64,000 nt of DNA, from positions 21,948,001 through 22,012,000 of the forward strand of contig OZ059896.1 in the NCBI GenBank assembly GCA_964057225.1, written 5' to 3'. The notes beneath the pieces are model-generated. The model saw only the letters and a list, made by a program, of their open reading frames with translations. It was not told the DNA's origin and searched no databases. Below are positions 1 through 11,583 of the stretch, in pieces; within the stretch, counting starts at the first letter, position 1, and each line of letters begins with the position of its first letter. The position numbers and the translations under genes are program-made. Source of the DNA: Auanema rhodensis. Its lineage: Eukaryota; Animalia; Nematoda.

Positions 1-146
1 TCGAAAAAAATTTTGTCAAAATGTTTTTGGAAACAATGTTGATTGTACATGGAAACTCAACATACACTAATGCATCATTTTTCAAACGATCATAACTAAT
101 TTTTGTATTAAGCGTTTCTCAATGTAGTATAGTGCATTCGATGCGG

Positions 147-197
147 ATTTTTAAGCTGCGTCGATCTGTGTTATCAGATTTGCGCTAGCTTAAAAAT
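147..197. other. Central imperfect inverted repeat (potential hairpin/cruciform), once per monomer
   Basis: ATTTTTAAGCT (147-157) is the exact reverse complement of AGCTTAAAAAT (187-197). Inner pairs are GCG/CGC (158-160/183-185) and ATCTG/CAGAT (164-168/175-179) around a TGTTAT loop. Confidence 0.9.
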
Positions 198-214
198 GCA
201 CCGAGATATCAACT

Positions 215-236
215 GATATAAGTTCACACTTATATC
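215..236. other. 8-bp inverted repeat, once per monomer (AA allele)
   Basis: GATATAAG-ttcaca-CTTATATC is a perfect 8-bp stem with a 6-nt loop. The flanking CGAG (202-205) and CTCG (237-240) are also complementary. Confidence 0.88.
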
Positions 237-339
237 CTCGATTTTCACCCTGAAGAATTAATTTTTTCGTTGAATAACAATGTCCATCGTCTTTGCCTTG
301 AAAAAAGGAATCTAAAAACATCTACTTTTTGCTAAATTA

Positions 340-372
340 TTTTGAAATTTTTCGAAAAAATTTTTGTCAAAA
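340..372. other. Dyad centred on TTCGAA, once per monomer
   Basis: TTTTTCGAAAAA (348-359) is a perfect 12-bp palindrome, enclosed by TTTTGA (340-345) and TCAAAA (367-372). Confidence 0.85.
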
Positions 373-702
373 TGTTTTTGGAAGCAATGTTGAGTGTACA
401 TGGAAACTCAACATACACTAATGCATCATTTTTCAAACGATCATAACTAATTTTTGTATTAAGCGTTTCTCAATGTAGTATAGTGCATTCGATGCGGATT
501 TTTAAGCTGCGTCGATCTGTGTTATCAGATTTGCGCTAGCTTGAAAATGCACCGAGATATCAACTGATATAAGTTCACACTTATATCCTCGATTTTCACC
601 CTGAAGAATTAATTTTTTCGTTGAATAACATTGTCCATCGTCTTTGCTTTGAAAAAAGGAATCTAAAAACATCTACTTTTTGCTAAATTATTTTGAAATT
701 TT
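352..702. repeat. Representative 351-bp monomer (M2)
   Basis: About 110 G+C in 351 bp and about 12 CpG. A/T tracts cluster in p262-351 and p1-30, while p131-240 is more GC-rich and carries most of the dyads. All six reading frames contain stops. Confidence 0.97.
387..414. other. 9-bp inverted repeat, once per monomer (p36-63)
   Basis: ATGTTGAGT-gtacatggaa-ACTCAACAT is a perfect 9-bp stem with a 10-nt loop. The recurrent p43 G>T allele disrupts it. Confidence 0.9.
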
Positions 703-1139
703 TCGAAAACATCTTTGTCAAAATGTTTTTGGAAACAATGTTGAGTGTACATGGAAACTCAACATACACTAATGCATCATTTTTCAAACGATCATAACTA
801 ATTTTTGTATTAAGCGTTTCTCAATGTAGTATAGTGCATTCGATGCGGATTTTTAAGCTGCGTCGATCTGTGTTATCAGATTTGCGCTAGCTTAAAAATG
901 CACCGAGATATCAACTGATATAAGTTCACACTTATATCCTCGATTTTCACCCTGAAGAATTAATTTTTTCGTCGAATAACATTGTCCATCGTCTTTGCTT
1001 TGAAAAAAGGAATCTAGAAACATCTACTTTTTGCTAAATTATTTTGAAATTTTTCGAAAAAATTTTTGTCAAAATGTTTTTGGAAGCAATGTTGAGTGTA
1101 CATGGAAACTCAACATACACTAATGCATCATGTTTCAAA

Positions 1140-4100
1140 CGATCATAACTAATTTCTGTATTAAGCGTTTCTCAATGTAGTATAGTGCATTCGATGCGGA
1201 TTTTTAAGCTGCGTCGATCTGTGTTATCCGATTTGCGCTAGCTTAAAAATGCACCGAGATATCAACTGATATAAGTTCACACTTATATCCTCGATTTTCA
1301 CCCTGAAGAATTAATTTTTTCGTTGAATAACATTGTCCATCGTCTTTGCTTTGAAAAAAGGAATCTAAAAACATCTACTTTTTGCTAAATTATTTTGAAA
1401 TTTTTCGAAAAAATTTTTGTCAAAATGTTTTTGGAAGCAATGTTGAGTGTACATGGAAACTCAACATACACTAATGCATCATGTTTCAAACGATCATAAC
1501 TAATTTTTGTATTAAGCGTTTCTCCAGGTAGTATAGTGCATTCGATGCGGATTTTTAAGCTGCGTCGATCTGTGTTATCAGATTTGCGCTAGCTTAAAAA
1601 TGCACCGAGATATCAACTGATATCTGTTCACACTTATATCCTCGATTTTCACCCTGAAGAATTATTTTTTTCGTTGAATAACATTGTCCATCGTCTTTGC
1701 CTTGAAAAAAGGAATCTAAAAACATCTACTTTTTGCTAAATTATTTTGAAATTTTTCGAAAAAAATTTTGTCAAAATGTTTTTGGAAACAATGTTGATTG
1801 TACATGGAAACTCAACATACACTAATGCATCATTTTTCAAACGATCATAACTAATTTTTGTATTAAGCGTTTCTCAATGTAGTATAGTGCATTCGATGCG
1901 GATTTTTAAGCTGCGTCGATCTGTGTTATCAGATTTGCGCTAGCTTAAAAATGCACCGAGATATCAACTGATATCTGTTCACACTTATATCCTCGATTTT
2001 CACCCTGAAGAATTATTTTTTTCGTTGAATAACCATGTCCATCGTCTTTGCCTTGAAAAAAGGAATCTAAAAACATCTACTTTTTGCTAAATTATTTTGA
2101 AATTTTTCGAAAAAATTTTTGTCAAAATGTTTTTGGAAACAATGTTGAGTGTACATGGAAACTCAACATACACTAATGCATCATTTTTCAAACGATCATA
2201 ACTAATTTCTGTATTAAGCGTTTCTCAATGTAGTATAGTGCATTCGATGCGGATTTTTAAGCTGCGTCGATCTGTGTTATCCGATTTGCGCTAGCTTAAA
2301 AATGCACCGAGATATCAACTGATATAAGTTCACACTTATATCCTCGATTTTCACCCTGAAGAATTAATTTTTTCGTTGAATAACATTGTCCATCGTCTTT
2401 GCTTCGAAAAAAGGAATCTAAAAACATCTACTTTTTGCTAAATTATTTTGAAATTTTTCGAAAAAATTTTTGTCAAAATGTTTTTGGAAGCAATGTTGAG
2501 TGTACATGGAAACTCAACATACACTAATGCATCATTTTTCAAACGATCATAACTAATTTTTGTATTAAGCGTTTCTCAATGTAGTATAGTGCATTCGATG
2601 CGGATTTTTAAGCTGCGTCGATCTGTGTTATCAGATTTGCGCTAGCTTAAAAATGCACCGAGATATTAACTGATATCTGTTCACACTTATATCCTCGATT
2701 TTCACCCTGAAGAATTATTTTTTTCGTTGAATAACCATGTCCATCGTCTTTGCCTTGAAAAAAGGAATCTAAAAACATCTACTTTTTGCTAAATTATTTT
2801 GAAATTTTTCGAAAAAATTTTTGTCAAAATGTTTTTGGAAACAATGTTGAGTGTACATGGAAACTCAACATACACTAATGCATCATTTTTCAAACGATCA
2901 TAACTAATTTTTGTATTAAGCGTTTCTCAATGTAGTATAGTGCATTCGATGCGGATTTTTAAGCTGCGTCGATCTGTGTTATCAGATTTGCGCTAGCTTA
3001 AAAATGCACCGAGATATTAACTGATATCTGTTGACACTTATATCCTCGATTTTCACCCTGAAGAATTATTTTTTTCGTTGAATAACCATGTCCATCGTCT
3101 TTGCCTTGAAAAAAGGAATCTAAAAACATCTACTTTTTGCTAAATTATTTTGAAATTTTTCGAAAAAATTTTTGTCAAAATGTTTTTGGAAACAATGTTG
3201 AGTGTACATGGAAACTCAACATACACTAATGCATCATTTTTCAAACGATCATAACTAATTTTTGTATTAAGCGTTTCTCAATGTAGTATAGTGCATTCGA
3301 TGCGGATTTTTAAGCTGCGTCGATCTGTGTTATCAGATTTGCGCTAGCTTAAAAATGCACCGAGATATCAACTGATATAAGTTCACACTTATATCCTCGA
3401 TTTTCACCCTGAAGAATTAATTTTTTCGTTGAATAACAATGTCCATCGTCTTTGCCTTGAAAAAAGGAATCTAAAAACATCTACTTTTTGCTAAATTATT
3501 TTGAAATTTTTCGAAAAAATTTTTGTCAAAATGTTTTTGGAAGCAATGTTGAGTGTACATGGAAACTCAACATACACTAATGCATCATTTTTCAAACGAT
3601 CATAACTAATTTTTGTATTAAGCGTTTCTCAATGTAGTATAGTGCATTCGATGCGGATTTTCAAGCTGCGTCGATCTGTGTTATCAGATTTGCGCTAGCT
3701 TAAAAATTCACCGAGATATCAACTGATATAAGTTCACACTTATATCCTCGATTTTCACCCTGAAGAATTAATTTTTTCGTCGAATAACATTGTCCATCGT
3801 CTTTGCTTTGAAAAAAAGAATCTAAAAACATCTACTTTTTGCTAAATTATTTTGAAATTTTTCGAAAAAATTTTTGTCAAAATGTTTTTGGAAGCAATGT
3901 TGAGTGTACATGGAAACTCAACATACACTAATGCATCAGGTTTCAAACGATCATAACTAATTTTTGTATTAAGCGTTTCTCAATGTAGTATAGTGCATTC
4001 GATGCGGATTTTTAAGCTGCGTCGATCTGTGTTATCAGATTTGCGCTAGCTTAAAAATGCACCGAGATATCAACTGATATAAGTTCACACTTATATCCTC

Positions 4101-7100
4101 GATTTTCACCCTGAAGAATTAATTTTTTCGTCGAATAACATTGTCCATCGTCTTTGCTTTGAAAAAAGGAATCTAAAAACATCTACTTTTTGCTAAATTA
4201 TTTCGAAATTTTTCGAAAAAATTTTTGTCAAAATGTTTTTGGAAGCAATGTTGAGTGTACATGGAAACTCAACATACACTAATGCATCATGTTTCAAACG
4301 ATCATAACTAATTTTTGTATTAAGCGTTTCTCAATGTAGTATAGTGCATTCGATGCGGATTTTTAAGCTGCGTCGATCTGTGTTATCAGATTTGCGCTAG
4401 CTTAAAAATGCACCGAGATATCAACTGATATAAGTTCACACTTATATCCTCGATTTTCACCCTGAAGAATTAATTTTTTCGTTGAATAACATTGTCCATC
4501 GTCTTTGCTTTGAAAAAAGGAATCTAAAAACATCTACTTTTTGCTAAATTATTTTGAAATTTTTCGAAAAAAGTTTTGTCAAAATGTTTTTGGAAACAAT
4601 GTTGAGTGTACATGGAAACTCAACATACACTAATGCATCATTTTTCGAACGATCATAACTAATTTCTGTATTAAGCGTTTCTCAATGTAGTATAGTGCAT
4701 TCGATGCGGATTTTTAAGCTGCGTCGATCTGTGTTATCCGATTTGCGCTAGCTTAAAAATGCACCGAGATATCAACTGATATAAGTTCACACTTATATCC
4801 TCGATTTTCACCCTGAAGAATTAATTTTTTCGTTGAATAACATTGTCCATCGTCTTTGCTTTGAAAAAAGGAATCTAAAAACATCTACTTTTTGCTAAAT
4901 TATTTTGAAATTTTTCGAAAAAATTTTTGTCAAAATGTTTTTGGAAGCAATGTTGAGTGTACATGGAAACTCAACATACACTAATGCATCATGTTTCAAA
5001 CGATCATAACTAATTTTTGTATTAAGCGTTTCTCAAGGTAGTATAGTGCATTCGATGCGGATTTTTAAGCTGCGTCGATCTGTGTTATCAGATTTGCGCT
5101 AGCTTAAAAATGCACCGAGATATCAACTGATATCTGTTCACACTTATATCCTCGATTTTCACCCTGAAGAATTATTTTTTTCGTTGAATAACATTGTCCA
5201 TCGTCTTTGCCTTGAAAAAAGGAATCTAAAAACATCTACTTTTTGCTAAATTATTTTGAAATTTTTCGAAAAAAATTTTGTCAAAATGTTTTTGGAAACA
5301 ATGTTGATTGTACATGGAAACTCAACATACACTAATGCATCATTTTTCAAACGATCATAACTAATTTTTGTATTAAGCGTTTCTCAATGTAGTATAGTGC
5401 ATTCGATGCGGATTTTTAAGCTGCGTCGATCTGTGTTATCAGATTTGCGCTAGCTTAAAAATGCACCGAGATATCAACTGATATCTGTTCACACTTATAT
5501 CCTCGATTTTCACCCTGAAGAATTATTTTTTTCGTTGAATAACCATGTCCATCGTCTTTGCCTTGAAAAAAGGAATCTAAAAACATCTACTTTTTGCTAA
5601 ATTATTTTGAAATTTTTCGAAAAAATTTTTGTCAAAATGTTTTTGGAAACAATGTTGAGTGTACATGGAAACTCAACATACACTAATGCATCATTTTTCA
5701 AACGATCATAACTAATTTCTGTATTAAGCGTTTCTCAATGTAGTATAGTGCATTCGATGCGGATTTTTAAGCTGCGTCGATCTGTGTTATCCGATTTGCG
5801 CTAGCTTAAAAATGCACCGAGATATCAACTGATATAAGTTCACACTTATATCCTCGATTTTCACCCTGAAGAATTAATTTTTTCGTTGAATAACATTGTC
5901 CATCGTCTTTGCTTCGAAAAAAGGAATCTAAAAACATCTACTTTTTGCTAAATTATTTTGAAATTTTTCGAAAAAATTTTTGTCAAAATGTTTTTGGAAG
6001 CAATGTTGAGTGTACATGGAAACTCAACATACACTAATGCATCATTTTTCAAACGATCATAACTAATTTTTGTATTAAGCGTTTCTCAATGTAGTATAGT
6101 GCATTCGATGCGGATTTTTAAGCTGCGTCGATCTGTGTTATCAGATTTGCGCTAGCTTAAAAATGCACCGAGATATTAACTGATATCTGTTCACACTTAT
6201 ATCCTCGATTTTCACCCTGAAGAATTATTTTTTTCGTTGAATAACCATGTCCATCGTCTTTGCCTTGAAAAAAGGAATCTAAAAACATCTACTTTTTGCT
6301 AAATTATTTTGAAATTTTTCGAAAAAATTTTTGTCAAAATGTTTTTGGAAACAATGTTGAGTGTACATGGAAACTCAACATACACTAATGCATCATTTTT
6401 CAAACGATCATAACTAATTTTTGTATTAAGCGTTTCTCAATGTAGTATAGTGCATTCGATGCGGATTTTTAAGCTGCGTCGATCTGTGTTATCAGATTTG
6501 CGCTAGCTTAAAAATGCACCGAGATATTAACTGATATCTGTTGACACTTATATCCTCGATTTTCACCCTGAAGAATTATTTTTTTCGTTGAATAACCATG
6601 TCCATCGTCTTTGCCTTGAAAAAAGGAATCTAAAAACATCTACTTTTTGCTAAATTATTTTGAAATTTTTCGAAAAAATTTTTGTCAAAATGTTTTTGGA
6701 AACAATGTTGAGTGTACATGGAAACTCAACATACACTAATGCATCATTTTTCAAACGATCATAACTAATTTTTGTATTAAGCGTTTCTCAATGTAGTATA
6801 GTGCATTCGATGCGGATTTTTAAGCTGCGTCGATCTGTGTTATCAGATTTGCGCTAGCTTAAAAATGCACCGAGATATCAACTGATATAAGTTCACACTT
6901 ATATCCTCGATTTTCACCCTGAAGAATTAATTTTTTCGTTGAATAACAATGTCCATCGTCTTTGCCTTGAAAAAAGGAATCTAAAAACATCTACTTTTTG
7001 CTAAATTATTTTGAAATTTTTCGAAAAAATTTTTGTCAAAATGTTTTTGGAAGCAATGTTGAGTGTACATGGAAACTCAACATACACTAATGCATCATTT

Positions 7101-8248
7101 TTCAAACGATCATAACTAATTTTTGTATTAAGCGTTTCTCAATGTAGTATAGTGCATTCGATGCGGATTTTCAAGCTGCGTCGATCTGTGTTATCAGATT
7201 TGCGCTAGCTTAAAAATTCACCGAGATATCAACTGATATAAGTTCACACTTATATCCTCGATTTTCACCCTGAAGAATTAATTTTTTCGTCGAATAACAT
7301 TGTCCATCGTCTTTGCTTTGAAAAAAAGAATCTAAAAACATCTACTTTTTGCTAAATTATTTTGAAATTTTTCGAAAAAATTTTTGTCAAAATGTTTTTG
7401 GAAGCAATGTTGAGTGTACATGGAAACTCAACATACACTAATGCATCAGGTTTCAAACGATCATAACTAATTTTTGTATTAAGCGTTTCTCAATGTAGTA
7501 TAGTGCATTCGATGCGGATTTTTAAGCTGCGTCGATCTGTGTTATCAGATTTGCGCTAGCTTAAAAATGCACCGAGATATCAACTGATATAAGTTCACAC
7601 TTATATCCTCGATTTTCACCCTGAAGAATTAATTTTTTCGTCGAATAACATTGTCCATCGTCTTTGCTTTGAAAAAAGGAATCTAAAAACATCTACTTTT
7701 TGCTAAATTATTTCGAAATTTTTCGAAAAAATTTTTGTCAAAATGTTTTTGGAAGCAATGTTGAGTGTACATGGAAACTCAACATACACTAATGCATCAT
7801 GTTTCAAACGATCATAACTAATTTTTGTATTAAGCGTTTCTCAATGTAGTATAGTGCATTCGATGCGGATTTTTAAGCTGCGTCGATCTGTGTTATCAGA
7901 TTTGCGCTAGCTTAAAAATGCACCGAGATATCAACTGATATAAGTTCACACTTATATCCTCGATTTTCACCCTGAAGAATTAATTTTTTCGTTGAATAAC
8001 ATTGTCCATCGTCTTTGCTTTGAAAAAAGGAATCTAAAAACATCTACTTTTTGCTAAATTATTTTGAAATTTTTCGAAAAAAGTTTTGTCAAAATGTTTT
8101 TGGAAACAATGTTGAGTGTACATGGAAACTCAACATACACTAATGCATCATTTTTCGAACGATCATAACTAATTTCTGTATTAAGCGTTTCTCAATGTAG
8201 TATAGTGCATTCGATGCGGATTTTTAAGCTGCGTCGATCTGTGTTATC
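1140..8248. repeat. Tandem duplication of a 10-monomer (3510 bp) block
   Basis: Rare markers recur 3510 bp apart: GCTTCGAAA (2405/5915), CTGTTGACAC (3033/6543), AAAAATTCAC (3708/7218), CATCAGGTTT (3939/7449) and TATTTCGAAA (4204/7714). Confidence 0.9.
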
Positions 8249-11200
8249 AGATTTGCGCTAGCTTAAAAATGCACCGAGATATCAACTGATATAAGTTCAC
8301 ACTTATATCCTCGATTTTCACCCTGAAGAATTAATTTTTTCGTCGAATAACATTGTCCATCGTCTTTGCTTTGAAAAAAGGAATCTAAAAACATCTACTT
8401 TTTGCTAAATTATTTTGAAATTTTTCGAAAAAATTTTTGTCAAAATGTTTTTGGAAGCAATGTTGAGTGTACATGGAAACTCAACATACACTAATGCATC
8501 ATTTTTCAAACGATCATAACTAATTTTTGTATTAAGCGTTTCTCAATGTAGTATAGTGCATTCGATGCGGATTTTTAAGCTGCGTCGATCTGTGTTATCA
8601 GATTTGCGCAAGCTTAAAAATGCACCGAGATATCAACTGATATAAGTTCACACTTATATCCTCGATTTTCACCCTGAAGAATTAATTTTTTCGTTGAATA
8701 ACAATGTCCATCGTCTTTGCCTTGAAAAAAGGAATCTAAAAACATCTACTTTTTGCTAAATTATTTTGAAATTTTTCGAAAAAATTTTTGTCAAAATGTT
8801 TTTGGAAGCAATGTTGAGTGTACATGGAAACTCAACATACACTAATGCATCATTTTTCAAACGATCATAACTAATTTTTGTATTAAGCGTTTCTCAATGT
8901 AGTATAGTGCATTCGATGCGGATTTTCAAGCTGCGTCGATCTGTGTTATCAGATTTGCGCTAGCTTAAAAATGCACCGAGATATCAACTGATATAAGTTC
9001 ACACTTATATCCTCGATTTTCACCCTGAAGAATTAATTTTTTCGTCGAATAACATTGTCCATCGTCTTTGCTTTGAAAAAAAGAATCTAAAAACATCTAC
9101 TTTTTGCTAAATTATTTTGAAATTTTTCGAAAAAATTTTTGTCAAAATGTTTTTGGAAGCAATGTTGAGTGTACATGGAAACTCAACATACACTAATGCA
9201 TCATGTTTCAAACGATCATAACTAATTTTTGTATTAAGCGTTTCTCAATGTAGTATAGTGCATTCGATGCGGATTTTTAAGCTGCGTCGATCTGTGTTAT
9301 CAGATTTGCGCTAGCTTAAAAATGCACCGAGATATCAACTGATATAAGTTCACACTTATATCCTCGATTTTCACCCTGAAGAATTAATTTTTTCGTCGAA
9401 TAACATTGTCCATCGTCTTTGCTTTGAAAAAAGGAATCTAAAAACATCTACTTTTTGCTAAATTATTTTGAAATTTTTCGAAAAAATTTTTGTCAAAATG
9501 TTTTTGGAAGCAATGTTGAGTGTACATGGAAACTCAACATACACTAATGCATCATGTTTCAAACGATCATAACTAATTTTTGTATTAAGCGTTTCTCAAT
9601 GTAGTATAGTGCATTCGATGCGGATTTTTAAGCTGCGTCGATCTGTGTTATCAGATTTGCGCTAGCTTAAAAATGCACCGAGATATCAACTGATATAAGT
9701 TCACACTTATATCCTCGATTTTCACCCTGAAGAATTAATTTTTTCGTCGAATAACATTGTCCATCGTCTTTGCTTTGAAAAAAAGAATCTAAAAACATCT
9801 ACTTTTTGCTAAATTATTTTGAAATTTTTCGAAAAAATTTTTGTCAAAATGTTTTTGGAAGCAATGTTGAGTGTACATGGAAACTCAACATACACTAATG
9901 CATCATGTTTCAAACGATCATAACTAATTTTTGTATTAAGCGTTTCTCAATGTAGTATAGTGCATTCGATGCGGATTTTTAAGCTGCGTCGATCTGTGTT
10001 ATCAGATTTGCGCTAGCTTAAAAATGCACCGAGATATCAACTGATATAAGTTCACACTTATATCCTCGATTTTCACCCTGAAGAATTAATTTTTTCGTCG
10101 AATAACATTGTCCATCGTCTTTGCTTTGAAAAAAGGAATCTAAAAACATCTACTTTTTGCTAAATTATTTTGAAATTTTTCGAAAAAATTTTTGTCAAAA
10201 TGTTTTTGGAAGCAATGTTGAGTGTACATGGAAACTCAACATACACTAATGCATCATGTTTCAAACGATCATAACTAATTTTTGTATTAAGCGTTTCTCA
10301 ATGTAGTATAGTGCATTCGATGCGGATTTTTAAGCTGCGTCGATCTGTGTTATCAGATTTGCGCTAGCTTAAAAATGCACCGAGATATCAACTGATATAA
10401 GTTCACACTTATATCCTCGATTTTCACCCTGAAGAATTAATTTTTTCGTCGAATAACATTGTCCATCGTCTTTGCTTTGAAAAAAGGAATCTAAAAACAT
10501 CTACTTTTTGCTAAATTATTTTGAAATTTTTCGAAAAAATTTTTGTCAAAATGTTTTTGGAAGCAATGTTGAGTGTACATGGAAACTCAACATACACTAA
10601 TGCATCATTTTTCAAACGATCATAACTAATTTTTGTATTAAGCGTTTCTCAATGTAGTATAGTGCATTCGATGCGGATTTTTAAGCTGCGTCGATCTGTG
10701 TTATCAGATTTGCGCTAGCTTAAAAATGCACCGAGATATCAACTGATATAAGTTCACACTTATATCCTCGATTTTCACCCTGAAGAATTAATTTTTTCGT
10801 CGAATAACATTGTCCATCGTCTTTGCTTTGAAAAAAAGAATCTAAAAACATCTACTTTTTGCTAAATTATTCTGAAATTTTTCGAAAAAATTTTTGTCAA
10901 AATGTTTTTGGAAGCAATGTTGAGTGTACATGGAAACTCAACATACACTAATGCATCATTTTTCAAACGATCATAACTAATTTCTGTATTAAGCGTTTTT
11001 CAATGTAGTATAGTGCATTCGATGCGGATTTTTAAGCTGCGTCGATCTGTGTTATCAGATTTGCGCTAGCTTAAAAATGCACCGAGATATCAACTGATAT
11101 AAGTTCACACTTGTATCCTCGATTTTCACCCTGAAGAATTAATTTTTTCGTCGAATAACATTGTCCATCGTCTTTGCCTTGAAAAAAGGAATCTAAAAAC

Positions 11201-11583
11201 ATCTACTTTTTGCTAAATTATTTTGAAATTTTTCGAAAAAATTTTTGTCAAAATGTTTTTGGAAGCAATGTTGAGTGTACATGGAAACTCAACATACACT
11301 AATGCATCATTTTTCAAACGATCATAACTAATTTTTGTATTAAGCTTTTCTCAATGTAGTATAGTGCATTCGATGCGGATTTTTAAGCTGCGTCGATCTG
11401 TGTTATCAGATTTGCGCTAGCTTAAAAATGCACCGAGATATCAACTGATATAAGTTCACACTTATATCCTCGATTTTCACCCTGAAGAATTAATTTTTTC
11501 GTTGAATAACATTGTCCATCGTCTTTGCTTTGAAAAAAGGAATCTAAAAACATCTACTTTTTGCTAAATTATTTTGAAATTTT

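Noticed and set aside
131-240. Tandem RNA gene cluster (5S, tRNA, snRNA, SL RNA) or ribozyme
   Set aside because: I could not recognise a cloverleaf, Pol III A/B/C boxes, an SL exon or a complete hammerhead core. An Rfam/Infernal scan would be needed to exclude this formally.
265-281. CENP-B box-like TTTCGTTGAATAAC
   Set aside because: It matches only the 5' part (TTCG....A) of the box and lacks the essential CGGG. p271 also varies freely.
1-351. Assignment to a named ~340-360 bp insect satellite (Drosophila 1.688 or tenebrionid beetle satellites)
   Set aside because: Only length and AT-richness are similar. I cannot confirm sequence identity without a database search.
372-446. 24-codon ORF MFLEAMLSVHGNSTYTNASFFKRS in each monomer
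   Set aside because: The length is expected by chance, there is no recognisable motif, and non-synonymous variants and start-codon loss (p22 A) occur.
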